Below, piece by piece: positions 9,763 to 19,601 of a stretch of DNA of 64,000 bases. The DNA is taken from contig JBFWVL010000001.1 in the NCBI GenBank assembly GCA_050246755.1, forward strand, positions 1,216,001-1,280,000, read 5' to 3'. A program made the translations under genes and the position numbers. The stretch comes from Bacteriovoracia bacterium (GTDB lineage Bacteria > Bdellovibrionota > UBA1018 > CAIPTA01). The stretch's first letter is position 1, and the number at the start of each line of letters is the position of its first letter. Below the pieces are notes generated by a model that saw only the letters and a program-made list of their open reading frames with translations, made no database searches and was not told the DNA's origin.

Positions 9763-11771
9763 AAATCATGCTCGCGCTTTTGGTGGCCCTTTTCTTTTTT
9801 GCCCCGCAAGCACGCGCTGCCGATCCCTCCCCTGACGCAGAAACTCTTTACGCCGACGCCGAACGCCTTTACTTAAAAAGTAATTCTCAAGGGGCCCTTC
9901 AAAGCCTGGGGAAATTTTTTGCTCTTCCTAGCAGCGCGGTTCCGGTTCGTTCGAAAATCCGAGCCCATAACCTACGGGGCCTTATTTACTTTCAATCCCG
10001 CACCCTGCAGCCCGCGATGCAGGAGTTCGAAGCGGCCGTGCAGCTAGCCAATCGTGGCCTGCAAGACAACGACTCGCTTCTTCACCTTACTCGTTACAAC
10101 CTCGGAAATGCATATTTCCAGGTAAATAAGGCCGAAGACGCCTACGACCTACTGAAAACCGTGACTCCCGACGCCCTCGACGCGGATACGCGCGCGCGCT
10201 TTCACCATCTTTTTGGAAACGTACTTTCGGCCCGCGAAGAAAAACTAGAGGCACTCGTTCAATATCTTGGCGCCGCCAACCTCGCCAAAGACGTAGCCGC
10301 GCGCGATACTTTTTTGCAAAAAGCCCAGAATGCCTCCAAGAGCATTTACCTAAAAAACCCGAAGGTAGACCTAGACCGCCTCGCGAATCTTTCTTTTCCG
10401 GGCGGAAGCGCCGCGGATCTTGCTACCCGGATTTTCATGGCCCGCGGTTATATGTATCTCGGAGATACGAGCAAGGCCGAGAGCTTGCTCGAAAAAGTAC
10501 TCAAAGAAATTGAGCCTAATCATCCTCTTCGCCCGCGCGCTGAAGAAATGCTTTCCGACTTGGGAAAACTTTCGCGCGTAAACCCTAAGGCTATCGGCGT
10601 ACTGCTTCCGCTCAGCGGAAAATTCGGAAAATTTGGCCGTCTCTGCCTGAATGCGATCCTCATGGCCCACGGCGTATTCGAAGAAATGGCCGAAAAAGTA
10701 GACGCAAACGGCCTCCGCCTCGTGATTCGCGATTCTGGGGAAACCCCCGAGTCGGCTACGGAGAAATTCGAGGAGCTCGTGAAAGACGAGGGCGCGATCG
10801 CGGTAATCGGCCCGCTCCTCAGCAAACAGTTTCCCGCCTTGGCACGCAAGGCCCAAGAGTTTGGGGTACCGCTTATCAGCCTTAGCCAACGCATCGAAGC
10901 CGGCCAAATGGGTTCTTATATTTTTCCCGTAGCGCTCTCCCCCAACCAACAAATCGAAACGATCGTCTCTCACGCCATAGGTAAGGAAGGCTTCAAGCGG
11001 TTCGCCATTCTCGCCCCGAGCGATACTTTCGGCGAAGAATACGTACATTTATTCTGGGACGCCGTGGAAAAAGCCGGTGGAAAAATCGTGGGCATAGAAA
11101 GATACGAACCCAGGAGCACCGACTTCCGCGAAGAAGTGCGGCGCTTGCTTGGGCAAGAATATTTAGGTGCCCGGAAAATCGAGCTTGAAGATCTCGAGCG
11201 CCGCAAAGAGCGCTACGCTGCCACCCTAAAGGTAAAGGGCAAGCTGCGCCAGCGCATGCTAAAAGTATATGATCCTAAACCAGTGGTCGATTTCGACGCA
11301 CTCTTTATCCCCGACGATCCGGCAACGGTAGGCCAGATTGCTCCCGCCTTCGCCGTGGAAGACGTGGCCAATCTGCCCCTCTTGGGAATCAATACCTGGA
11401 ATACTCCGGACATCGTGCAACGCGCTGGCAGGTACCTGCAAAGGGCGCTATTTGTGGATGGTTTTTTTGCCAATAGCCAGGACGCCAAGAGCATTCAATT
11501 CACCCAGGACTACATGAAATTTTTCAAATCCGTACCTGGTACCATTGAAGTGCAGGCGTACGATGCCGCTTCAATCCTGATCGAAGCACTTAAGGATCAT
11601 TCCATCGGGAATCGTTCCGCGCTTCGCGATCAACTTCTTTCCAAGGAGAAATTCTCCGGAATATCGGGCGATTACCGCTTTAGCGAAAATGGCGTAGAAA
11701 GAAGCGCCCATCTTTTGACGGTCCGGGGAAATTCAATCGCAGAAATTTCCGAATCTCAGGGCAAGCGGTAG
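9759..11771 (+). CDS. Exported LpoA/LppC-like penicillin-binding-protein activator (TPR plus type I periplasmic-binding fold)
   Basis: Signal peptide ending ARA, TPR-like N-half, then [34 protein letters not shown] and FSGISG. Confidence 0.72.
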   Translation: MKIMLALLVALFFFAPQARAADPSPDAETLYADAERLYLKSNSQGALQSLGKFFALPSSAVPVRSKIRAHNLRGLIYFQSRTLQPAMQEFEAAVQLANRGLQDNDSLLHLTRYNLGNAYFQVNKAEDAYDLLKTVTPDALDADTRARFHHLFGNVLSAREEKLEALVQYLGAANLAKDVAARDTFLQKAQNASKSIYLKNPKVDLDRLANLSFPGGSAADLATRIFMARGYMYLGDTSKAESLLEKVLKEIEPNHPLRPRAEEMLSDLGKLSRVNPKAIGVLLPLSGKFGKFGRLCLNAILMAHGVFEEMAEKVDANGLRLVIRDSGETPESATEKFEELVKDEGAIAVIGPLLSKQFPALARKAQEFGVPLISLSQRIEAGQMGSYIFPVALSPNQQIETIVSHAIGKEGFKRFAILAPSDTFGEEYVHLFWDAVEKAGGKIVGIERYEPRSTDFREEVRRLLGQEYLGARKIELEDLERRKERYAATLKVKGKLRQRMLKVYDPKPVVDFDALFIPDDPATVGQIAPAFAVEDVANLPLLGINTWNTPDIVQRAGRYLQRALFVDGFFANSQDAKSIQFTQDYMKFFKSVPGTIEVQAYDAASILIEALKDHSIGNRSALRDQLLSKEKFSGISGDYRFSENGVERSAHLLTVRGNSIAEISESQGKR

Positions 11772-11780
11772 CGGCATTTC

Positions 11781-11809
11781 TTGCTAGCTATGTAGTCGTT
11801 ACGTATAAT
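11781..11809 (+). promoter_or_regulatory. sigma70-type promoter upstream of fliD
   Basis: TTGCTA-N17-TATAAT, followed by SD AAGGAGG and a TTG start. Confidence 0.65.
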
Positions 11810-11845
11810 TTTAAGAGGTGGTTCTTTTGTCAAGGAGGATAAAAG

Positions 11846-13222
11846 TTGCCGTCCATATCACTTGGGCCAATTGCATCGGGACTTCCCAAAGACTTAGTCA
11901 AGCAGCTCGTAGAAGCTGAGCGCGAACCCATTCGTAAATTGGAAAATCGTAAGCAAGATGAAGAGGCGAAGCTGAAACTCGTCCAAGACCTTTCTTCGCG
12001 CATCAATGACATCTCCAGCGGCCTAAAGGACCTCACTAAATTCAGAAATTTCCGCGATCTCATGGCCGTGAACCCCAGAGCCGATCTCATGGACGTAACC
12101 GTAGATAAGAATTCCGCGGAACCCGGCAGCTACCAGATCGAAGTGGTGCGCCTCGCCGGACAATCTTCGATTATGTCGAATGGATTTCCCGACGCCGACG
12201 ATACCCAAGTGGGCGCCGGTTATTTCAGCTACGAGCTACCGAACGGCGAGACCAAAGAAGTTTATATTGACCCCGACAACAGCACGCTTCAGGGCGTGGC
12301 GAGGATGATCAATAAAGAAAAGGACCTGCAGTTAAATGCCATCGTCGTGGACGACGGAACCGGCTCCGAAAACCCCTTCCGCCTCATCGTGACCCACACC
12401 AAAACCGGCGAAGTGAACGACGCAGAATTTCCTAATTTTTATTTCCTCGATGGCGACGAAGACTTCTACATGGAGAAGGAAAGGCCTGCGCAAAACTCCT
12501 TAGTGAAGGTGAACGGTTTCGAGGTGGAGTTTGAAGGAAATAAGATCGACACCCTTCTTCCCGGGGTAACCTTGGACCTGAAAGACGCGGCCCCCGGAAA
12601 AGAATTCACGCTCAAAGTGCAAGAAGACAATAAGAGCGTACGCGGAAAAGTGGAAGGAATGGTTGGCAAGCTCAATGAAGTGCTGAGCTTCATCCAGGGC
12701 CAGAATAAACTCGATAAAGACAGTAATACTAGGACCACGCTCGGCGGAGATATCACGCTGCAAACTCTCGAGTATAAAGTACGCCAGCTGGTGCAAACCC
12801 CAGTGGCCACCGAATTCGGCGGGGTGCGCATGGGCGATCTCGGGGTCACTTTCACCCGTAACGGACTGCTGGAATTCTCGGGCGATAAATTCGAGAAAGC
12901 ACTTAATAAGAACTTCGCGGCGGTATCGCAGTTTTTCGTGGGCCTCGAGGACGAGGGGGACGGTTTTGCCTCCAAATTAGACGGCACCGTGAAATCCATG
13001 ACCCGCCAAGAGGGCGTGGTACAATCGCGGGTAGATGGGATCAAGCGCAGGATTCGCGATATTGACCAGCAGATTGAAGTGAAAGAGCGGCAAATCGCGC
13101 GCACGGAACAGGCGCTTAAAGACAAATTTTCTGCACTCGAAGGAACGATCGCGAAACTAAAAGGACAACAAGCATCAGTGGCGGGAGCCTTGGGCGGCGG
13201 TGGCGCCCTTCCCGGACTTTAA
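11846..13222 (+). CDS. fliD: Flagellar filament cap protein FliD
   Basis: N-terminal IASGL..LV.QLVEAEREPI, GSYQIEVVRLA, LPGVTLDLK and C-terminal LKDKFSALE helix. Lies upstream of fliS. Confidence 0.9.
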   Translation: MPSISLGPIASGLPKDLVKQLVEAEREPIRKLENRKQDEEAKLKLVQDLSSRINDISSGLKDLTKFRNFRDLMAVNPRADLMDVTVDKNSAEPGSYQIEVVRLAGQSSIMSNGFPDADDTQVGAGYFSYELPNGETKEVYIDPDNSTLQGVARMINKEKDLQLNAIVVDDGTGSENPFRLIVTHTKTGEVNDAEFPNFYFLDGDEDFYMEKERPAQNSLVKVNGFEVEFEGNKIDTLLPGVTLDLKDAAPGKEFTLKVQEDNKSVRGKVEGMVGKLNEVLSFIQGQNKLDKDSNTRTTLGGDITLQTLEYKVRQLVQTPVATEFGGVRMGDLGVTFTRNGLLEFSGDKFEKALNKNFAAVSQFFVGLEDEGDGFASKLDGTVKSMTRQEGVVQSRVDGIKRRIRDIDQQIEVKERQIARTEQALKDKFSALEGTIAKLKGQQASVAGALGGGGALPGL

Positions 13223-13250
13223 AAACTACCCTAAGGATGGGGACTAAAAA

Positions 13251-13646
13251 ATGAACCAGCACGGCGCAAAGGCATACCACAACACCTCGGTCCAAACGGC
13301 CAGCAAGGAAAAAATCCTGTTGATGCTCTACGAAGGCTGCATTCGCAATCTAAAGAAGTGCAAGATTGCGATGGAAAACAAACAATGGGCCGAAAAGGGC
13401 CAATACTTGGGTAAGGCTCAGGACATTATCAATGAGCTTTCGAACTCGTTAAACTTCGAAGTGGGCGGAGAGCTTTCTAAGCAACTGGAAGGCCTTTATA
13501 TTTATATTTTCAGCCAAACCACTCAGGCCAATATCGATAACGATCCAAATAAAATCGCTCATTGCATCAAGCTCCTGGAAACGCTCTACGAAGGCTGGAA
13601 AGAAGCCGTGGAAAAGCTAAAAGGCCCCGAAGGGAGCAAAAAATGA
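13251..13646 (+). CDS. fliS: Flagellar export chaperone FliS
   Basis: AY...VQTASKEKILLMLYEG, KAQDIINELSNSLNFEVGGE and LYEGWKEA. Confidence 0.95.
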   Translation: MNQHGAKAYHNTSVQTASKEKILLMLYEGCIRNLKKCKIAMENKQWAEKGQYLGKAQDIINELSNSLNFEVGGELSKQLEGLYIYIFSQTTQANIDNDPNKIAHCIKLLETLYEGWKEAVEKLKGPEGSKK

Positions 13647-14083
13647 CGCACTTATACAAGCTGCTCGAGCAAAAGAACTACTGGTACGGAAAATACCTTA
13701 ATTGCACCGCCGCTTTCCAGGCCGCGCTTAAGCACGCCCCGGAGATTGCGCTCTCCGAGCTCGAGCTTTTTTACGGCAACCGCGACAGCCTCCTGAAGAT
13801 TTTAGAAGGCATAGACCAAAAAATCGATGAGCTATTGGCCACCCCGGAATGGCAGGCCCACCAGTACTCTTCCGAGCAAACCGCGCGTATCCAGCAGTTC
13901 ATCCGGGAAAAAGATAACGCCGTGGAAAAGATCGTGGCCATCGATAAGGTGGTTATCGCCGAATTAGAGAGAATTCAGCTGGAAGGCCGAGGTAAGATGC
14001 AGTCTCTGCTTAGGGGAAAAAAGGCTCTTGCCAAATATAAGAGCGAGCCCAAACATAATGAAAAAATCGATAAGCGGGTATAA
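13643..14083 (+). CDS. FliT/FlgN-like helical flagellar chaperone (putative)
   Basis: ATGA overlap with the fliS stop gives a 146-aa helical protein ending KKALAKY. Sits in the fliD-fliS-fliT slot. Confidence 0.5.
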   Translation: MTHLYKLLEQKNYWYGKYLNCTAAFQAALKHAPEIALSELELFYGNRDSLLKILEGIDQKIDELLATPEWQAHQYSSEQTARIQQFIREKDNAVEKIVAIDKVVIAELERIQLEGRGKMQSLLRGKKALAKYKSEPKHNEKIDKRV

Positions 14084-15097
14084 ATGAGCCGGGATAAAGA
14101 AATCGAATTCAGTCAGAGCTTTGAACACCAAGCGGCGGTGAATAATTTGGTGGCCGAAACGTTTGAGAGCGCCGATGCTAGCGGCGGCGAGCAAGTATTT
14201 GAGTCCAATGGGCGCCTCAATACCTCCGTGCTCGTGCGTAACGCCAAAATTCTTTTGGCCGCCGGCGACGTAATCCTCGCCAAAAATATTTTCCGCGCCC
14301 TCGTGGAAGCCGGAGAGTCGTTAGGCGTGGCTTATTCAGGCCTCGGAAGCTGCTATGAGCTGGAGAACAAGCCCGACCTCGCCATCAAAGCTTACCGCGA
14401 AGCCATCATCTTTGAGCCCACCTATGGATGCCTCTACGCTCTCGCGGATCTCTACATCAAGCGCGAAGAATATCAAAATGCCGTGGGAACTTTGCTTCGC
14501 GCCCAGAACTTGAATCGCCTTTCTTCTACCCACTTATTCGAAATCCATAAAAGCCTTGGTAGCTGCTATATGCAGCTCTCCCAGCTCAATAACGCCGAAG
14601 CCCACTATCGCCGCGCCTACGAAATCAATCCCGGCTCAGATGCGCTTCACGTGAATATCGGATCTCTTGCAATGAAAAAGGGGGATCTCTCTACCGCGCT
14701 TCTGCATTTTAAAGAAGCCACGCGGATCAATCCCCTCAACGGCGGCGCTTATACCGGTCTGGGCTTGGCTCATATCGGACTAGGAAACAGAGAGCCGGCT
14801 CACGAAGCATTTGCCAATTCCCTCCGCATTGATATTCACGATGTAACCGCGCTTTACCATCTGGTGAAGCTTGCCTACGAGCTCAAGCAGTTTGAAACCG
14901 TTTCCGAGCTCCTGAATAAATATATTCAGAACAACACCGTGAACTCGAATATTTTGTATAGCTACGCGGGGATTCTTTATCACCGCATGCTCTATAGAGA
15001 AGCACTGGAAGAATGTGAAAAGTTATCGGCCCTTAAGCCGGATCACGAAGGTGCAAAAAAAATGAAAGAGCTGATCCTGACGAAATTATCAAACTGA
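14084..15097 (+). CDS. Tetratricopeptide repeat protein
   Basis: Multiple TPR units, e.g. AYSGLGSCYE..AIKAYREAI..EP and LGSCYMQL..AEAHYRRAYEINP. Confidence 0.85.
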   Translation: MSRDKEIEFSQSFEHQAAVNNLVAETFESADASGGEQVFESNGRLNTSVLVRNAKILLAAGDVILAKNIFRALVEAGESLGVAYSGLGSCYELENKPDLAIKAYREAIIFEPTYGCLYALADLYIKREEYQNAVGTLLRAQNLNRLSSTHLFEIHKSLGSCYMQLSQLNNAEAHYRRAYEINPGSDALHVNIGSLAMKKGDLSTALLHFKEATRINPLNGGAYTGLGLAHIGLGNREPAHEAFANSLRIDIHDVTALYHLVKLAYELKQFETVSELLNKYIQNNTVNSNILYSYAGILYHRMLYREALEECEKLSALKPDHEGAKKMKELILTKLSN

Positions 15098-15131
15098 AGA
15101 GTCAGGACGCCGGACAAGGATTGTTGGCGCT

Positions 15132-16670
15132 ATGAAAAATAACAGAATTGCCGTTCGCGGCGACAATACACTCGAAGGAACGATCTCCTTGGCGCCCGCC
15201 ATTGCGGCGCTTCGGTCCCGTTATCCCGAATCGGAGATCATCTTCGTGGGCAATGAGTCCATGCGTGAGGCGGCGGGCCTCTTGCCCGGAGTGAATGGTT
15301 TCTCGAGCGATTTTAATTCCGTAAATCCGGGCGCCACTTTTAGTATTTCGGGTCCTGCCGGATCTGAATCCGTAGACTGGAAAATTTATCTCGAAGGTCC
15401 AGCGTTAGGCGCCGAGGGTAACCCCTATCACCACATTGATCTTCTCCGGAAGGTAATAGGAGCCGATTTGGTGGACGTGAATTTCGAGCTTATAGCTCCT
15501 TCCACCGACACCGGCCTTCTTCCGCCCGGATTACTGAGTGGCGAAGAAGGCCTGCGGATCGCGATCTGCGTTGGCTCACTGGAAATCTCCGAACTAGAAG
15601 CGATTTTACAAGGCATATCCTCGCTCACCATTCCCCGCGAAGTATATCTAGTGGGAACCGTGAAGGACAAAAAGAAATCCTCCGAGATCATTTCTCGCCG
15701 TGATGGACAGCTGGCCATCCACGATCTATGCGGCCGCCTAACCCTAACCCAATTTTCGCAAGTGCTCCGTTCCGCCGATGTTTGCATCGCCGGCCCCGGA
15801 GCCAGCATTCTCCTTAGCTCCGGTTACGGAACATTTACTGTATGTTTCGATAACCAACCCAAACGCGGTCCGCTGCACTATCCTTATGGCCATGGCCACC
15901 TAGTGATCCAGAGCGCGGCCGAGCAAGATTTCGCCGCCAGCATCGGGCTGCTTACGCGGGAAATTCTCGAATATGCCGTGAGTGCCAACACGGGTAGCGT
16001 GCCCACACTGGACCAATGGCAGGCCTTCGCCGATTCCCGCTTGGATGAATATTTGGGGAAAATCCGTCTGCTCGCCACGCAGAGAATAGAGATCGTGCTC
16101 GACGAAGAAAAACGACTCACCGAGCTCTACCTGCGCCCGCTAATCTATCTCGGCTCGGAAGCCAGCGACGTGATGGAAACCTTTTACCGTTTACTGTGGG
16201 AACATTCGCTAAATGCCCGTACGCTCTCCAGCGAAGATATCGAGATGCTGCATCAGGATACGGTGGCTTCGATCTGCACGCTGCTTGCTCCCCTAGAAAA
16301 ACTATTCGAGTTATCGAAGTTCGGACATAGCTATTGTCAGCAGGTGAAGAAGGCGCTTATTGCGGGAGACGTGGGTCTAGCGCAGCAAGAATCATCGAAA
16401 GTGCAAGAAGTAGAAGAGTTGGTTTTTCAGCTAAGTGAAAGTTTTCCAGCTCTTAGCGCACTTTGTGCGTTTCATAGGAAGAGCCAGGCTCATATTCCTG
16501 AACTCGACGCGGTGGATATGGCGGAAGAAATGTCGGACGTATTCGCCGACCTCCAATCTCGAGTACTCGTGGTGCTCGACTTGGCCAAAACTTTGTTCCA
16601 TACTACTTTCCAGAAAGAGTCCGCGCAGCTAGCGGAATCCTCTCCGGTGGAGGGCTTATCCGATGGTTAA
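15132..16670 (+). CDS. Glycosyltransferase family 9-like protein, degenerate, with helical C-terminal extension
   Basis: PAIAALRSRYPESEIIFV and DLCGRLTLTQFSQVLRSADVCI match the GT9 scaffold, but the usual GD and DSG..H motifs are altered. Confidence 0.6.
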   Translation: MKNNRIAVRGDNTLEGTISLAPAIAALRSRYPESEIIFVGNESMREAAGLLPGVNGFSSDFNSVNPGATFSISGPAGSESVDWKIYLEGPALGAEGNPYHHIDLLRKVIGADLVDVNFELIAPSTDTGLLPPGLLSGEEGLRIAICVGSLEISELEAILQGISSLTIPREVYLVGTVKDKKKSSEIISRRDGQLAIHDLCGRLTLTQFSQVLRSADVCIAGPGASILLSSGYGTFTVCFDNQPKRGPLHYPYGHGHLVIQSAAEQDFAASIGLLTREILEYAVSANTGSVPTLDQWQAFADSRLDEYLGKIRLLATQRIEIVLDEEKRLTELYLRPLIYLGSEASDVMETFYRLLWEHSLNARTLSSEDIEMLHQDTVASICTLLAPLEKLFELSKFGHSYCQQVKKALIAGDVGLAQQESSKVQEVEELVFQLSESFPALSALCAFHRKSQAHIPELDAVDMAEEMSDVFADLQSRVLVVLDLAKTLFHTTFQKESAQLAESSPVEGLSDG

Positions 16671-17277
16671 TTTAGTTATTAATGGCAGAAGACATGAGAA
16701 AGAAGAAACCGTTCTCTTTGGTGAATTCCTGAACGGTCTCAATAAAGACTTGGCGTCGCGAGCGCAGGTTATTTCTATATTAAAAATCGACGGCCAAACC
16801 ATCGACGAGAAAAATGAAATTAGCTACGCCATGCGTGCACTGGGCCAAATCGGCAAGATTGAAATCACCACCGTTGATCAGTTGGAGCTCGCGTTCGAGG
16901 CCCTTACTTCGGCCAAGGCCTACAGTAAAAAACTTATCTCTTATTGCCGGCTAAATGCTCAAAGCTATAAGACGGGTAATATCAAAGAAGCCGATAAAAA
17001 TTTCGTGGATCTAGTAGAAGGCCTCGAGAATCTTACGCAGCTAATTATGGCGTCGCAAAGCATTCTGCGCGGCAAGTACCGCGGGATTCACACCAATGAT
17101 TCCTCGCTTCGTATCGCCCAGGTGCGCTTGGTTTCGGCGATCGAAGAATTACTTCCCGCCAAACGCGGAAACGATCACCAAATGCTCGCCGATATTCTCG
17201 GCAATGAGCTACCGGACGCTCTGCTCGAGATGGCCGAATATGGTATCCCGGTGCTGCAGCGGCTGCGCACCTCCTAA
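16663..17277 (+). CDS. Hypothetical flagellar-locus protein
   Basis: Overlaps the upstream gene. Beta-rich N-terminus and helical C-terminus (D..MLADIL..EL) resemble proteins seen in flagellin-modification loci (inference). Confidence 0.6.
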   Translation: MVNLVINGRRHEKEETVLFGEFLNGLNKDLASRAQVISILKIDGQTIDEKNEISYAMRALGQIGKIEITTVDQLELAFEALTSAKAYSKKLISYCRLNAQSYKTGNIKEADKNFVDLVEGLENLTQLIMASQSILRGKYRGIHTNDSSLRIAQVRLVSAIEELLPAKRGNDHQMLADILGNELPDALLEMAEYGIPVLQRLRTS

Positions 17278-17280
17278 AAG

Positions 17281-19245
17281 ATGCCGGCCTCTCTTCGACT
17301 AAAACTGGTAGGCGAAGGGCCGGAAATCGATAGCATCGAGAACTCTATTCGCGCGGCGTCTATCGCCTACCAGCGATTTCCCGAAATCGAGGGCGCCTGC
17401 GAAAGCCAAGAGCTGGAACCGGCAGAAATTTTCTTGCTTAGCCCTTCGCTTTATTTTCAATCCCACCTAAGTCAAATTTCGAAGCTAGATCGTGCGCCCG
17501 AAGTCCTACTGGTGACCGGAAAGAAATTACCGAACTTAGCAAAAATTTTGGTTCCTCATCCCATTTATACCAATTGGGGCCCCGGTGAAATCGACTGGCA
17601 AATTCAGCGAGCCGCCGAATTCCACCGTCGCAAGCGCCGCCTAGACGCGCTTCGCGATCATCACAAGCGAAGCTGGAATTTAGAATCTAATCCCGCTATC
17701 AATCTCGTAACGAATTTGATGCGTAAATGCACCATGGCCGAGGAATATCAGGATCTACTCACCGCGGTGCTCACGCTGCGCTCGGTAATTGACTTTCACG
17801 ACTGCTGCCTTGTTACGCTCGATGGGGACCAAAACCTAATTGAAGGCTGGCACTGCCCACGAGAATCCAAAGAACGCTTTGAACGTATTGATTTAAGTAA
17901 AGCAGAGCCGCAGGTTCTCCGTTCCCTAGAGGAAGGCACTGCCCAGCTCTTTAGCACCGAGCAAGCTGGAAAATGGGAAAAATTCACCAAGCACCCTTGG
18001 AGTTTCGGCATGGCCATGCCTTTCTCCGTGCACGAAAGCCCCCGCCGCTCAAAGGCTGCTAAATCAGCGGTACTTCTGCTTTTTCGTCGGGAACTGGTGC
18101 CATTCGTGGAGCGGGATGTCTGGCTGCTGGAGCTCACCTATGGCCCGCTAGCGCTCGCCCTGGAAAAAATCGCGATGCTCAAGGCCATCGGTCAGGCGAG
18201 CAAAGAATGGCGCGCCACCTTCGACGGAATATCCGAACCGCTTACCGTAATTGACTCTACCTACCAAATCGTGAAAGCGAACAAAGCATTCGCGGCCCTA
18301 GTAGACCAAGACTACAAGAAACTTAAAGGGAAGCGTTGCTATTCTTTACTTGCCAACCGTCGCACCCCCTGTGTCGGATGTCCCGTCGGCATGGGAACTC
18401 AGCCGCAGGGTGGTTCTCGCGTGCAGCTGCAAGGCAAAATCCGCAAGGATCTTCTGGTTTGGTCTTACGGCATTCGCACCGGCCTGGAATCTTACCAGTT
18501 CCAATTTTATCGTAACGTTTCCAAAGAAACTGCGTTGGCTTCTACGCTTATCCAATCCGAGAAAATGGCGGCGCTCGGTCGCCTAGTGGGGGCGGTAGCG
18601 CACGAATTAAATAATCCCCTCGCCGGAATCTTAGCCACCAGCCAGATTCTTCTGCAGGAAGGCAAAGAAGACGGCCTGGATGCCGCCACGATGGATGATC
18701 TCGAAGAAATTCGTTCCGCTGCCTGGCGCTCCAAAAAGATTATCGATGATCTTCTCGGTTTCACTTCCACCGAGGAACAAAAACTCGTGGAAGCGAACTT
18801 GCTTGATGCCGTACGCTCAGCGCTCACCTTCTCCAAGGCCGCCCTGAAAGACGTAGCCGTTAAAGTGCATTCAGAAAAAGTCGTTCCGCGCGGAATCGTT
18901 TCTACGCACGCCCTGCAGCAAGTTCTCTTCAATCTGATCACGAATGCCGCCCAAGCCATGAACGGAAAGGGGGCGATCGAGATCTCGATCCGCGGCGAGG
19001 ACGAAAGTTACCGCATCGACGTAAAAGACTCCGGGCCTGGCATTCCGGCCGAAAAATTGAAAAATATCTTTGAGCCCTTCTTCACGAGCAAGCAAGAGGG
19101 AATGGGTACCGGCCTCGGGCTTTCCATTGTGCGCCACCTTACCCAAAAAATGAATGCTCGCCTCGAGGTAACGAGCGCCCCGGGCAAAGGCACTTGTTTC
19201 AGCATCTTCGTTCCACTTGCTCCTTCCCCCGAGGAAAAAGCATGA
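17281..19245 (+). CDS. Cytoplasmic sensor histidine kinase (GAF-like, PAS, HisKA, HATPase)
   Basis: QSEKMAALGRLVGAVAHELNNPL H-box, QVLFNLITNA, DSGPGI, FEPFFTSK and GTGLGL. No TM segment seen. Confidence 0.93.
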   Translation: MPASLRLKLVGEGPEIDSIENSIRAASIAYQRFPEIEGACESQELEPAEIFLLSPSLYFQSHLSQISKLDRAPEVLLVTGKKLPNLAKILVPHPIYTNWGPGEIDWQIQRAAEFHRRKRRLDALRDHHKRSWNLESNPAINLVTNLMRKCTMAEEYQDLLTAVLTLRSVIDFHDCCLVTLDGDQNLIEGWHCPRESKERFERIDLSKAEPQVLRSLEEGTAQLFSTEQAGKWEKFTKHPWSFGMAMPFSVHESPRRSKAAKSAVLLLFRRELVPFVERDVWLLELTYGPLALALEKIAMLKAIGQASKEWRATFDGISEPLTVIDSTYQIVKANKAFAALVDQDYKKLKGKRCYSLLANRRTPCVGCPVGMGTQPQGGSRVQLQGKIRKDLLVWSYGIRTGLESYQFQFYRNVSKETALASTLIQSEKMAALGRLVGAVAHELNNPLAGILATSQILLQEGKEDGLDAATMDDLEEIRSAAWRSKKIIDDLLGFTSTEEQKLVEANLLDAVRSALTFSKAALKDVAVKVHSEKVVPRGIVSTHALQQVLFNLITNAAQAMNGKGAIEISIRGEDESYRIDVKDSGPGIPAEKLKNIFEPFFTSKQEGMGTGLGLSIVRHLTQKMNARLEVTSAPGKGTCFSIFVPLAPSPEEKA

Positions 19246-19601
19246 AAATTCTAGTGGTAGACGATGAAAAAATAATTTCTAGCAGCCTCCAGCGAGTGCT
19301 TACTCGCGCTGGCCACGAGGTAATGGTGGCAAATAACGGCGTAGAAGCATTGCGCATCATCTCCGAAAATAAAAAATTTGAAGTGGTTTTTCTGGATCTC
19401 CTGATGCCGGAAATCGGCGGCGCGGAAGTTCTGGATTTCGCGAAAAGAGCAATGCCCCAGGCTAAAGTATTGATGATGACGGCCTACGGGGATCTATCGG
19501 TGAAAGAAGATCTAGTGGCCCGCGGCGCGCTCCGAGTGCTTGCCAAGCCCTTCGACGACATTACTTTAATTCCGCAAATGGTAACAGAACTTGGGAATTA
19601 A
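19242..19601 (+). CDS. Single-domain response regulator (receiver only)
   Basis: MKILVVDDE, LDLLMPEIGG, MMTAY and AKPF. ATGA overlap with the kinase stop sets the start at 19242. Confidence 0.92.
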   Translation: MKILVVDDEKIISSSLQRVLTRAGHEVMVANNGVEALRIISENKKFEVVFLDLLMPEIGGAEVLDFAKRAMPQAKVLMMTAYGDLSVKEDLVARGALRVLAKPFDDITLIPQMVTELGN

